NCBI GenBank assembly: GCA_964276515.1
Contig: OZ193910.1
Location: 8,742,001-8,806,000 of the forward strand
Reading direction: 5' to 3'
DNA from: Gordius albopunctatus
Taxonomy: Eukaryota
Length of the DNA: 64,000 bases
Position numbers and translations under genes: made by a program. This document shows positions 13,932-26,152 of this stretch, in pieces. Below the pieces are notes generated by a model. That model was not told the origin of the DNA, made no database searches, and worked only from the letters and a program-made list of their open reading frames with translations. The number at the start of each line of letters is the position of its first letter. Position 1 is the stretch's first letter.

Positions 13932-14458
13932 TGAAAAAAAATCTGTTCAATTTGAAATTTGTCGCTTCGAAAAAGTTTCACGAAAAAGTTTCACGATCGT
14001 GAAACTTTTGACAGGAAGGGATTTTACCCGTTGCCCCAAAACGAATAAATTAGGTGCGAACATATGGTATTTGGGCATAATGTTGGCCATGGCTACACTT
14101 ACCATATTTTTAGTAATCGCATCCATTTTACAACGTTTCTCTAAATATTTGAACATCATAACTCACCTCACACACACTAGTATAAAAGAAAAGGGTGATA
14201 AATCAAAGCTTTTAAAAATGAACGCTCTTTCCCTCTCCTTCCTGCGCGTGCAACTTACTCCCTCTCTGAGTATGTATTTGCCTGCGCCACTCTTGCATTT
14301 ATGTTTGCCCTTTAATATTATTTGGTGGTTTTGGTCAAAAATTTGTCGATTTTTTGCAAAATATTTTTGATAAAAAAACGTGGTCGAAATTTTATAAATA
14401 TTGCGTGTAATTTTGAATAAAAAACTGTTATTTTTTAAATTTATATATATATAATTAA

Positions 14459-16288
14459 CATAGACTAATAGACTGCTCATTCCCGTTGCATTCATTTGAA
14501 ATTTTATCGGCTGATTATATCCACCATATTGAATAGGATAATGTCGTTTTGCTCTGCTATCAACTGTAGCAACAGTCGGAAGAAATTCAAGGATTTATCT
14601 TTCCACAAGTAAGTATTTATATAAAATTTATATAATTTTTTTCATATAATAGATTCCCCTTAAAAAAAAATTGCTCCTCAAAGCTTGGATGAGTGAGATC
14701 AAGAGAGAGTTTGTGCCTAATAATCACTCTGCACTTTGTAGCCAACATTTTACACCTGATTCATATATTCCATCTGTCACTAAATACAAGCAACTTAGAG
14801 AAGGTTCCATACCTACAATTTTTAATTTGCCTAAACATCTTCAAAAAGTAATTGACAAAATATATATTACTTATAATAATCCTATTCTAGAAACCAGTAA
14901 CAACAAGAAGTTCTTATAATTCATCAATAAGTCCTCTTGTAGATATTACAAATAATTTGTCTAGAAAAAGAAAGATACCTAGGAAAATACAGTTTGACCC
15001 CCCTGAAGTGGTAGAACTTTCTCCTGACAATACCTTTTCTAAAATTAAACAGGCACTAGCAGCCAGCAGGTTAGTATCTCAAAATTCTAAATTGAAGAAG
15101 ACCATAAAACGTCTAAAAGCCAGTACCAGGAGGTACAGGCAAAAAATCATCAAACTGAAGGATATAGTTAGAGATCTGAAAAATGATAATCATCTTAATG
15201 GGGATGAAGACAAAATCATTGCCAACTACTTCGAAGGAGAAGCCCTTGTGCTTGTTAACAGCCATATTAAATCAGGAGGTGTTAACAATCCTAAAAAAAT
15301 TGTATTTACCCAACCCCTAAAACAATTGGCTTTGACTCTCCATTATTACTCTGCAAGTGCTTACAGGCACCTAAGAAGAATTATTTGCCTTCCATCTGAA
15401 TCATCTTTAAGAAGATGGAGTGTATGTCTAAATGTTGATCCAGGTATATTAAGCAATATTAATTTTGGTTTAAATAACTTTTTATAGGGTTCCTCAATTG
15501 CTCTATTAATAAAATAAAAGAATATCAAATGTATTTAATAAACCTTAAGAATAAGGGAAAATATATAATTCCATCAGACAACTTAATCAAACTTTGCAAG
15601 ATTATTTTTTCTATTTTTAATTCTTTCAAAGACGAGAAATACTTATTAAATAAAAACGCTGTATTAATTATTGAAAGTAAAATTTTTTCTGAAATTATTG
15701 GCACATCAATTTTTAATAATTTGTCTAATCATATACTAGAACAGGATAATTTTTCATCGCATTTTTATATATTACTAAAACTTATTATACGCAAATACCT
15801 TAAAATATTATTTCACAATAATTCCCGCATTTCAAATCAAACTTTAAAATTAAATATTCGTAATAAATTAAATAAAAATATTTTATTTTTAGGTCAATAA
15901 CACTTTTTATTCATTGTAATTATACGATCTTTGATTAAATTAATGTTAATTCAAATAAAAAATTTATTTAGTTATAGATGGCGTATATACTTAAATACTT
16001 TATCTCTAATACTTTCGTTATATTATAATCATTTATTAGTATTCATATATTTTTATCATGTGAGTTTTAAATATTTTATAGCGTATTTAATGCTTGATTA
16101 AATATTTTCTTAAAATTTAATTGTAGAATCTTAAATATTACTAAGAAATAAATTACTAAACTAAATCAAGAATATATACACAATACTATTGTAAGCTGTG
16201 ATGTGTGCATTTTTCTAACATCACACAAGATGGCGGTGTGAAACAGTCACGCTTTTTTCAAGCGAATGAGCAGTCTAGTTAGTCTATG
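14459..16288 (+). mobile_element. P-element superfamily DNA transposon, internally deleted (1.83 kb)
   Basis: TIRs catagactaa-tagactgctcattc / gaatgagcagtctagttagtctatg; 8-bp TSD ataattaa / aaaattaa; encodes THAP plus P-transposase N- and C-terminal segments. Confidence 0.93.
14541..15900 (+). CDS. THAP-domain P-element transposase derivative lacking the catalytic core. Exons 14541-14608, 14653-14847, 14891-15443, 15488-15900; one frameshift in the A9 run at 14662-14670
   Basis: THAP motifs MSFCSAINC..LSFHKFP..W..LCSQHF..LREGSIPTIF; coiled coil; LALTLHYYSASAYRHLR..LPSESSLRRW..PG; then directly LINLKNKG..IPS and the THAP9-like tail RNKLNKNILFLGQ. Introns of 44, 43 and 44 nt, all GT..AG. Confidence 0.82.
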
Positions 16289-17218
16289 AAAATTAATTAC
16301 AAAATTGGTATGAAATTTGAACAAAATATTTTTTAAGGTTTTTTAAAAATAAAACTTAGTTATTACATTTTTTACATATGTAAAACCTATACTTTATGAA
16401 ATTGGTAAAAAAAAATAGAATGAACAATTTAAAAGTTTATTTAATAAATAACACAGCTCTACAAATATTGACTTTGTGATTTAACCCCGCTATCAGACTT
16501 TTATGTTCTTTCACACAATTTTATAATCACAAAAATCGAAAAGTTTATTATATTTTTTCCATCTAGCGATTCATGATGATATACATATATTCTCTATAAT
16601 ATCTTGCGTATGAATGACATAAGTTAACATATATAATATATTGGGTTTCTTCCAAAATCTTCCTGGATCTTGATATCGCTCATACCAGAAGATTGATTAA
16701 TGGTGCGTGGATGTCATTAGAAGCTTCAGTACGAGATGTACACATTATAATTTTAGTGGAGGATTTTATTACTAGCATTTAATATTATTTTGTTAGAGGG
16801 ATGTAGGACTCAAGTTATAACTTAACTTAATAATAAATTAACCAAGATAAAAATAACTTAATTCGGCATATAAATTAATATCGACATATGCCACACAGAC
16901 CATTTAGTTTGATAGAATTTTGCGCTGAATAATAATATTTTTTTTCTTTTTTTCCAAAACTTCCCGTTTTTTGGATAAACGAGGTTAAACAAATGCCAAT
17001 TTTACCCCTTTTTAAGGTTCAATAGCCACCAATTTTTGAATTTATATCAAAAATATTGATTTATTCCTGTAGATTAAAGTTTCATCTATACGTCCATTAT
17101 TTTATTTTTTATATCACCCTTATATTTAAATTTATACGTGTTTGCGTAAACCCCTTATTCTCATCAAAATTCGTCTCACGATGTCTGGTAAACGGAGTAC
17201 ATTAGAGTTCATACTATG

Positions 17219-17373
17219 TACGCGATGTTTACCAACACATATCTCTCTCCCTTCACCTACTCTCCTCTCTTTCTCCTCCACTCCCGCCCCCTTCACGTGT
17301 GCTTGGATAGATATGGGGGCGGGAGTGGAAGAGATGGAGAAAGGGAGAGATTGATATGTTAGTAAACATCACT
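17219..17373. mobile_element. Small fold-back/MITE-like element
   Basis: gatgtttaccaaca / tgttagtaaacatc(acta) ends and ctccactcccgccccc / gggggcgggagtggaag inner arms; no clear TSD. Confidence 0.6.
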
Positions 17374-17877
17374 AAGTCTCCTAATTTATAACTAAAAATT
17401 TTATAAACCTAAATTTTTCGCATTTAACCATTGACTAGATAAACTGTTCATGCCATATGTTTAATATGGTAGTAAGTAAGTAAGTTTAATGGTAGATTGT
17501 GTATCAAATTTTTCTCCATTTTGAAGACAGCAGCTAGTGTATTTCAACTATGTTATTTTGCACTATAACATCCAATTTACCTTCCCACAAGATTATAAAC
17601 CTGAACGAACGTCAATAAATTAATATTATACAAAATATAGATGACGCTATATTATTAAACAAACTTTTATCACAGTTTTTACATTTTTAATTTTTATGTA
17701 TTGTGTCAATAATATTTATTTTAGAATGCTGTTTTTGATATCTACCCAATTCAATATTTTAATGATTTACCTTTTTATTATTATTTAATTTACAAAAATT
17801 ACTTATTTCTATATGATCTCTACTTTACCATGTTAACATCAAAATGGTAGAAAAAATGGTACATATTTGTGCTTTAA

Positions 17878-18432
17878 TAGAACCCTGCACGGGCCGCCTA
17901 AAGCCGGATCCGGCCCAACCCGGGCCCTATCGGGCTTCGTGGCGGGCTCGGGCAAAATTTCATAAAATAATCGGGGCTCGGGTCGGGCCTAATGTGGCGG
18001 CCCGAGCACGGCCCGAATTGAACTAAAGCAAATTGATCTTTTATAAAATAGGATTTAAATAAATTCAATATCTTGGCACAGCGTACATTATATAGCTCCA
18101 AAACTTCAGTTTTTTCCTTGTCTGTATAATATGACTGACCTAAGATGCAAATCTTATTCTATTATTTAAATAGATTCATAGAAGTTACAACTTAAGAAAT
18201 AAGATAAGTAAATATTTCAAAAAGTTTTTAATTTGGAACTGTAAAAAATTATCCTAGTTGTAAATTACGAGTAATAACAATCTAATGCATTTTATATTTA
18301 GATGGTGAAAAAATTTTGAAAAATAAAATTTTTCGAAAATTTTATTTGAAAAATCGGATCGGGCTCAGGTCGGGCCAAAAATAAAAAATCTTTCGGGCTC
18401 GGGCAGAAGAAATTTCATTTTGCAGGGCTCTA
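17878..18432. mobile_element. hAT-type MITE of the TAGAGCCCTGCA family
   Basis: Termini tagaaccctgca / tgcagggctcta, with subterminal cgggc/cccga repeats; TSD not evident. Confidence 0.65.
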
Positions 18433-18517
18433 GGAGTTAGTCTATGCATTTAACTTATTTGTTGAATAAATTGATAGCATGATACCGAACATTTGTTGAT
18501 CGGAAAATGGTAATTAT

Positions 18518-18592
18518 AATAAAGTGGTGTAGTGGGTATAACTTTAGACTTTGAAGCTCGAGGTTGCTGGTTCGATTCCACCTCCTCCGGCA
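18518..18592 (+). promoter_or_regulatory. tRNA-derived (Pol III-type) head immediately 5' of an RTE LINE
   Basis: A box TGGTGTAGTGG (18525-18535), loop-like CTTTGAA (18549-18555), B box GGTTCGATTCC (18569-18579). A homologous head precedes a second RTE copy at 34127-34198. Confidence 0.65.
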
Positions 18593-21580
18593 TTTATTTC
18601 AAAGTTTAAAAATATCTCACATCGTCAACACGGCTGTCAGACCTGGATAGCCGAGCGTCACCCCTGATCCAAGTGCTATGAAAGTTAGTAATAATGAAAG
18701 TAATGAAAGCGCTAGGGCGTCCTCCGTAAACGACGCCCATGGTAGGCGCCCGTATCATGTGAAAAATCAACTAGGGTCACTACATCTTACGCAAACGGAT
18801 GTAGTTAAAGAAACTAGTTTGCTAAGGACGAGATTAAGAGTGGGCTCGCTAAATTTTGGAATGATAACTGCAAAATGCCGAGAAGTTGCTGACACCCTTA
18901 ACAAGCGACAGGTCGATATAGCGTGTATACAGGAAACAAGATGGAAAGGTGCAAAAGCAAGGATGATAGGTGAAGGCTATAAACTTTACTACAATGGCCT
19001 TGAAACGAATAAAAATGGCGTGGCAATCATACTAGCCTCACATCTGCAATATAAAGTCATTGAGGTACAAAGAAAAAGTGGGCGACTCATGATGTTGAAA
19101 CTATGCATAGAAAGTCAAATTTATAATTTAGTTTCCGGATATGCTCCGCAAACAGGATGCACAGATGAAGAAAAGGAGGAATTTCAGGAATAATTAGACA
19201 AAATTCTGCGAATGATACCCAGAGCTGAGATAGTTATAATTGGAGCAGATATGAATGGTCACGTAGGCAAAACAAGAGAAGGTTTCGAACGGTACCATGG
19301 TGGAAATGGCTATGGAGCGAGAAACGATGAAGGCGACGAAATATTGAAAATAGCCGTTGCATTTGATTTGGCCATCACAAATACCTTCTTCAAAAAGAAT
19401 GTAAATCACCTAATAACGTACAAAAGTCGAAATCGATCTTCGCAGATTGACTTCCTCCTAATATCAAGAAAGGAATTAAAGAATGTACGAGATTATAAGG
19501 TGATACCAGGGGAAGCTATTGCAGCCCAGCATAGACTTATTGTGATGGACTGTACCATTTCCAAGGCGAAAGAATGCTAACGATATGTGAAATAACATAG
19601 CTAACACGGTACGAACAGTAGCGAGGTGTATTCTAGGAGAAGGTAAACCAGGTATACAAAAAGATAAGGAGACATGGTGGTGAAACGAAGACGTGCAACG
19701 CCTGGTCAAATTGAAAATAAAGCGTTAAAAATTATGGTCAAGCAACAGAAATGATGAAACACGATTGGCTTATGTGAAAGCTAAAAATGAGGCAAAAAGT
19801 TGTGTAGCCAAGGCTAAAACAGAGGTCTACGAGAATTTGAATGCCAAGTTAACCAGTAAAGAAGGGGAATGAATGATCTACAAAATCGCAAAGACCAGGG
19901 CAAGGAACTCAAAGGATGTGGTAAACGTTAAAACCATAAAGAGCAAAGATGGAATCACTCTAACTCTGGACCATGAGATTATAGATCGTTGGGAAGAATA
20001 TTATAAAGAATTATTAAACAATGAAAATGGGTTTTCGGACCACTGCGAAGGCATGAACTATGAATATGACCCAGAGTTAGAAGTGACAGAAGAAGAGGTT
20101 GACCAGGTGCTTAAAAAGATGACCATGGGCAGAGCGGTGGGATCTGATAATATACCTATGGAAGCTTTTAAAATTCTAGGACCCTTAGGTGTACATCTAC
20201 TTGCAAAGCTGTTTAACAAAATACTTGCAAGTGGTATGATGCCGGACGAGTGGAGGGAAAGCTATGTTATACCTATCTATAAAATGAAGGGAGATGTACA
20301 AGAATGCAACAACTATCGAGGGATAAAGTTAACGAGTCACGTAATTAAGGTGTGGGAAAAGGTTATAGAAGCTAGACTCCGAAAAATAATATCCATAGAT
20401 GAACGACAATTTGGGTTCATGCCTGGAAAGTTGACTTCAGATGCAATACATGGTCTTAGGAGACTTATGGAAGTATATAAGGAAAAACAAAAGGATCTTC
20501 ACATATGTTTCGTCGATCTTGAGAAAGCTTTCGATAAAGTACCAAGGCAGTTGATATGGGATAGCTTGAGTTCCAATGGTGTACCCGAGGCTTATATAAT
20601 GTTAATAAAAGATATGTATAGAAACGCAAAAACCAAAGTACGGACATCCAGTGTTACATCAAAGAGATTCAGTCTAAATGTCGGTGTGCATCAAGGATCG
20701 TCTCTAAGTCCATTGCTTTTCATAACAAGAATGGATTCGATAACGAAGAACCTGAAACGCGAATCACCTTGGGCAATGCTCTTTGCGGATGATATCGTCC
20801 TGTGCGCAGGCTTAAACGTGGAATTAGAAGAGCAGGTAAAAGTGTGGATGGAACGAATTGAAAGCAAAGGCCTTAGGGTCAACCGAGATAAAACGGAATA
20901 TGTATGCTTGGAGTCGGGGAATGAATACAAAGAAACACACTTGCAAATCGATGACTGGTGTTTAAGCAGCAGGAAAGAATTCAAATATCTTGGTTCTAGG
21001 GTACAATGTGATGGAGTTGTGGAAAACGAAATTAAGGCAAGAATAAACACAGGCTGGCTAAAATTCAGGGAATTGAGTGTTGTCCTATGTGATAAGCACA
21101 TACCACTCAAATTGAAAGGACGGTTATATAACACCGTTATTGTACCCACGACGGTATTGTATGGAGCGGAAACCTGGGCAATTAAGGCAAAAGAGGACCA
21201 TAGCTTGGCTACAATGGAGATGCGAATGTTGAGATGGATCTTGGGAATAAGCAAAAAGTACCATATAAGGAATCAAGACATAAGGGATAAACTAAATGTA
21301 GTTCCGATTCAGAGAAAGTTGGTGGTAAGAAGATTGAGATGGTATGGCCATTGGAAGAGACGGGAGGAAAGTCACTTGGCAAATCGTATCAAGAAAGTGC
21401 AAGTCGAAGGTAAGCGAAAGAAAGGGAGGCCTAAACTGACATGGAAGCATAAAATTTATATGGACTTGAGAAGGTACGAGCTAAAGCGAAGCTGGTGTAA
21501 GTGCAGGAATACATGGAGAACCTACTTGAAGGAGCTGACCACTAAATGTGACAAACAGCTATAGAAAAAGAAAAAAAAAT
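18518..21580 (+). mobile_element. Near full-length RTE-clade LINE (APE endonuclease + reverse transcriptase), inactivated
   Basis: APE motifs (CIQETRWKG, GADMNGHVG, SQIDFLL, QHRL); RT motifs (NYRGIKL, QFGFMPG, FVDLEKAFD, GVHQGSSLSP, LFADDIV, RLRWYGH); stops at 19191, 19681 and 19870; ~85-nt deletion near 19570 relative to the 53-55 kb copy; A-rich tail. Confidence 0.95.
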
Positions 21581-21799
21581 AATAAACGCATTTTTAAAAA
21601 TGGAAGTGCTACAAAAATAAATGGTAAGTGTAGCCATCGGAATCGATGTTACAAGAAAAATGATTATTTTCGACTTTGCCTCAAAACCATAAATTTACTT
21701 TAACTATATGTTCATTTCTAAAATACTAGTCTTTAGACAGATATGCAGATATGTTATTTTATTTAAGTCCATTTTGTTAACAAGCAGTAGTTTCTGTTC

Positions 21800-22010
21800 A
21801 ATATTAATGAAAAGGATCGGAGTTAAATATTTTGATGGAATAGGCAATGGGTAATGAATCTCGTTCTATTGAAGAGTATTATTGTTCCGCTGTAATTTCC
21901 TTAATGCATATGCCACTGGTTCTCCTCACCATTCTGTATATGAAATAATGCATCTCCTAGGCAATTTTTGATGCAACGATTGGCAGCTTTAAGGGTAATT
22001 GAATGTTTTA
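21800..22010 (-). mobile_element. Degenerate Ty3/Gypsy RNase H remnant
   Basis: Minus-strand translation ITAEQ*YSSIERDSLPIAYSIKIF resembles the LT.AE.NYS.IEKE.LAI...IK.F motif of Gypsy RNase H. Confidence 0.5.
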
Positions 22011-22149
22011 TGGTATCAGTGTTGTAGTAAAAATACTCAGTTAGCTTAGTTTATCAAAGGCTTATTGTTTGCACTAGTGTTTGCTGGTGTTGTGACCGAG
22101 GACCCTAGAAGTTGATGTGCTATCCAATATATAATTAGATTTGTCGGAG

Positions 22150-22400
22150 CAGACATATCTATTTTAGAATCGCATTCTTCCCTCGGTTAAATCGATCAGT
22201 ATTAGTTAAAACCTTGATAGTGGTAGGTAGTAGTAAGTGTTTTTGCGTTGCCGAACGTCGTCTTTGCTCGTTGCAAGCGGTCCTGCGATGTGTTTTGTAA
22301 ATAAATTCATTGGCAGGGCAGTGGACCAATAGGACGTTCAGTAGACGATGTTGTTGCTTGTGTAGCGGAGTAGTAGGGTAACCTGGTTTTCTTCGTATTA
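22150..22400 (-). mobile_element. Possible Penelope-like GIY-YIG remnant
   Basis: Fragments SNNIVY*, HCP and KH....TIKVL in shifting frames; heavily decayed. Confidence 0.3.
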
Positions 22401-23069
22401 ACAATTAGATAGTTAGGTAGATTGTATCTTTCCCAGCAGTCGGACAAATATGGATGCCGAATTTAGAAGATAATGCCCTATATCTGAATTGTTTTATTTT
22501 AACTAAGAAAACCAAACACCATTACTGACGGGACTGTTATTGTGGAGAAAATTTATGTGTCCCCTGAAAGTCTGGTCAATGTAGACCTGGGTTATAAATT
22601 TATAGGGGGGAGGAATAAACAAAAATTTCGGCTCCCCCGAAACGTCGGGATCACCATTTGTAGAGAAATAAGTTTCTACTACTTTAATATAACCCAAATG
22701 ATTTAAGAGAATGAATTCTTTTATGTAACATATTGTGTTTATATACATCTAGTAAGTTTACTTGTGTGAATAATAACGAGAGATTTAAATTATAATGAGT
22801 GGTCAAATAATAAGGTTAAGATTTATGAATAGTGAGAGTTGTGAATGCTCGAATAATAAAGGTTAAATTTTTTCCTAGGTAACCGATGTTCGAGTTGCTT
22901 TATTCAAATTGCCTAGGTAACCATAGTGTACTATTTGTCGATAGCTAAATCTTTAACATCCAAACTTGTTAGTTCTGATTACAAGTCTGCATGAACAGGC
23001 CTAGCCTGTGGTAGTAATATATAACTATAATACGTTGGTACATTTAAATTTTATAAATTTTTAATGAGA

Positions 23070-24885
23070 TTCCTTTGGCTAAGTTTTTTGAGGACCCCAA
23101 TTCTACAAAGCTATACCTTTGTTTTAAAAGATTAACTTCTTACACTTTGTAAGCAACATTTTAACTTATAAACCTGACTTGCTACGATAATATGAATATT
23201 TTACCAATTTTTGTTATTATAAATCATGTTATTTTAAAGTTTGAACGATACATTTCATGGACTGGTATAAATTTAAATCTGTTTTTCGCACATATCATGA
23301 GTCCTTACTGTACTTATATTTAAACATGGCGAATGTTTTTATATAATGCTCCTTCTAAAAGCACATCGTTGTTTCCCAATAATGCTAACCACGTGGTGCT
23401 TTATAAATATGGTTTCTATATAGAGCCCTGCAAAGTCACTTTTTTTCAACGCGAACCCGACCCGAAAGCATTTGAATTTTATTAACCCGAACCCGAGTCG
23501 AATGCGTTTTAAATTTTTCAACCCGAACCCGAAAGCGTTTTAAATTTTTTAACTCGAACCCGACCCGAAAGCGCTTTAGACCTAACCCGAATGTAAAAAA
23601 AAGATTATTATTGTAAAATTGATTTTAATGGTTTTAAAAAACAAAATATTATTTTTCAAAAATGAGCTTAAAACGTTATATGTAACTAGAGTATACGTTT
23701 AAGTTAATTGTGGCACAGCGAAATGGGGTCATTATTATCTTCTTCAAAATATTAACAAACCCGCAATTTATATAATAATTTCACACATAAAATGTAGATA
23801 TTTTTAAACCTTTGCTAAATTAAAATTAGTCTGTCTGTATTATCGAGCAATTTCGAAGGATAATAATGGTTGTGGAAATTTTGTGCAGAAATGAAAGGAG
23901 AAAATTTGATATTTTTCCCTAAAACTCTAATTTATAAATAATATTTGTAAAATAATGTTTTTTATAAATTTGAATCATTCGTCTAATAAATAACTATGAT
24001 ACTTTTATTTTATTCTAGTGTATATGTTAGGCGGTAGAACAAGTTGAGACATTAATTAATTAAAAAAGAAAAATGGGTTCAGAATCGTTAATAAGTATTG
24101 TGATATCAATTATATGTTTTCATAATTTATAGCATCAATCAAGATATTCTACCTTTCTGAGTTAAAAATTGCGCAAATCCAAAATTCAGATATAATTTAA
24201 AAGAAATTAATTCAAATGAATGTATGAGATAATTTTTCCTACATTGCAATATTAATTATAAAATATTATATATATAATGGCATTAATTTAAAAGATGTCT
24301 ATTATGCAATATAAAATTCATTATCTTAAGCCCGACCCGGACCCGAGTTTAAAATTTTTCAACCCGAGCCGGACCCGAAAGCATTTTACAATTTTCAACC
24401 CGAACCCAAGGCATTTTAAAATTTTCAACCCGAACCCGACCCCGGGTCGAGTTTCGGGCCACCCGGGCAGGGCTCTATTTCTATAGCAAATTATGTGTTA
24501 CAGGAGATTAGCTTTGACCAATCACAATACCAGGTTCGAGAATATCGTTCAAATTTTTATCAATTTATGCAATTATTTTCTAACATGTGGTGTTTCAAGT
24601 TTAAATCCTCTTCGCCTTATGAAGATTTCGCGGGGTCTTTTAAGCGATTCGCTTCCACCAACAGGAAGCAGAATTTCCCGTGCTCATAAAAGGCACGAAC
24701 ATTCCATCCACCACTTTTCTCGCGACCTCTAACCAAAATATTTTGGACGCTTCTCTTCGCAAATTAATCTCATCGTCGGTCAATGATTTGCTCTTTAAAG
24801 CGGAAATCCGAGTCAAACTACAAAAAATTCCGCATGCACCATCAGATCTCTCAAAAAACTTGAGGGGTGGGGGTAAAAAGATTTA
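23070..24885 (+). repeat. Dispersed repeat interrupted by the 23421-24477 MITE; related uninterrupted copy at ~58050-58512
   Basis: Shared blocks cccaattctacaaagctat, accacgtggtgctttata, and attattttctaacatgtggtgtttcaag...tgaggggtgggggtaaaa. Confidence 0.8.
23421..24477. mobile_element. hAT-type non-autonomous element (1057 bp)
   Basis: Termini tagagccctgc / gcagggctcta; perfect 8-bp TSD tttctata; subterminal AACCCGA repeats. Confidence 0.9.
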
Positions 24886-24963
24886 AACATCAACATAAAC
24901 TCGGGCCTTTGGCCCTCGTTGGAAGGGGGGTGGGTGCAGGAGGGAAGGGGGAACAAAACTCAT

Positions 24964-25493
24964 CTATACTCCGTATAAACGTAGCATATTTGCTATGCAA
25001 TTTATGGGCGAGAAAGGTAAGAAAGGGCGAGAATGCATAAAATGATTAGTTAATTATTTATAAAAATATTTAAAAAGTTAAATTTTTGTAAAACCTTCTA
25101 CTATTGAGGAATAGGTTTTCTTTCATTCATTCTTATTTATCAACTTCTAAATTAATCAAAATGACGAAAGGAACGCAAATAGAGGGTATGACCCTGGAAA
25201 AGCCAATAGTCATCCTTCCAAAACATACAACTTTCAATGAAATTATGATAATTTATCCATTAAAAACATCGAATATGAGGGTAAAAATCTTCTAAAATAT
25301 TTAACCTAATATACCAATTCAAAACCGAAAAAAAATTCCAATCACAATTTGGCCAATGGTCATTGTATTAACAAGAACAATATATTAATTAAATTATACA
25401 ATTTTTTGGCCCCTCCGCTCCGGGTATCGAACCAGCAATTCAGAACGTTGGACGGGCAACAAAAAGCGAGCCCATAAATTACATAGCAATTAA
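24964..25493 (-). mobile_element. DINE-1/HINE-like (Helentron-associated) non-autonomous element, both ends present
   Basis: 5' end ttaattgctatg(t)aatttatgggctcgc at 25493; inverted partner ttgctatgcaatttatgggc at 24990-25009 set back from the end by a hairpin tatactccgt-ataa-acgtagcata (24965-24988). The body matches 37279-38285. Confidence 0.7.
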
Positions 25494-26152
25494 TAAGCAA
25501 TGGATCCTAGAGACAAAACACGGTAGCAGGGGCGAGGATGTATCATCGCACGCAAAAACGGTGGATTAAAGTTCACTTGCCAACCCTATTTTTATAACGT
25601 CAAAGGTAAATGCAAAGGGCAAAACAAATGCATAATGTGATTTATGACTTGAGAATTTCAGACTCAGGCTTAACAATTGGTAGTCTCATGATATAATATA
25701 ATGCATTTGAAAGCAATGGTTTGGTAGGCAGAAAAGTCGCTGGGGTGCTCTAAAAATCCTTAGCCATTGTAGCCAATTTTATATAATTATTCCAATTCAA
25801 TATATCATCATCGGAGAGGATGATGTAATTGTTGCGAAATTTTAAGATTCCTTAGCAATATTTACTACTTCATTAAAACTTATTTTTAGTCTGGCCGTTT
25901 ATATTATATTTTAGTGGATATAATAATGCAATAAATATATTGAAAAATTATTTATATGTTTTAAGAGCCATTAATATTTTATTAAACGAGCTAAAATTAT
26001 TGAATTATACGCGGTTACTTAGTTGGGTAATTTCTTAATATTCAAAGTGTTCCTAATATATTAATTTATATTTAACATCCTAAATGTGAATTACAAAATA
26101 AAAAATGCACAAATAAAATTACTATATTATTATTATAATGGTCAATTAAGAC

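Noticed and set aside
18435..18446. agttagtctatg identical to the P-element right terminus
   Set aside because: Only 12 bp, with no partner TIR or TSD found.
18518..18592. Functional tRNA-Gln(TTG) gene
   Set aside because: The acceptor and anticodon stems do not pair; better explained as a retroelement head.
19580..19700. Alternative genetic code (TGA=Trp) suggested by TGA at Trp positions in RTEs
   Set aside because: Host exons use TGG for Trp and the KASH gene ends in TGA at the expected position; consistent with decay.
20691..21254. Long antisense ORFs over the RTE RT (also 53237-53530) and over the MULE
   Set aside because: Shadow frames of coding sequence with no recognisable domains.
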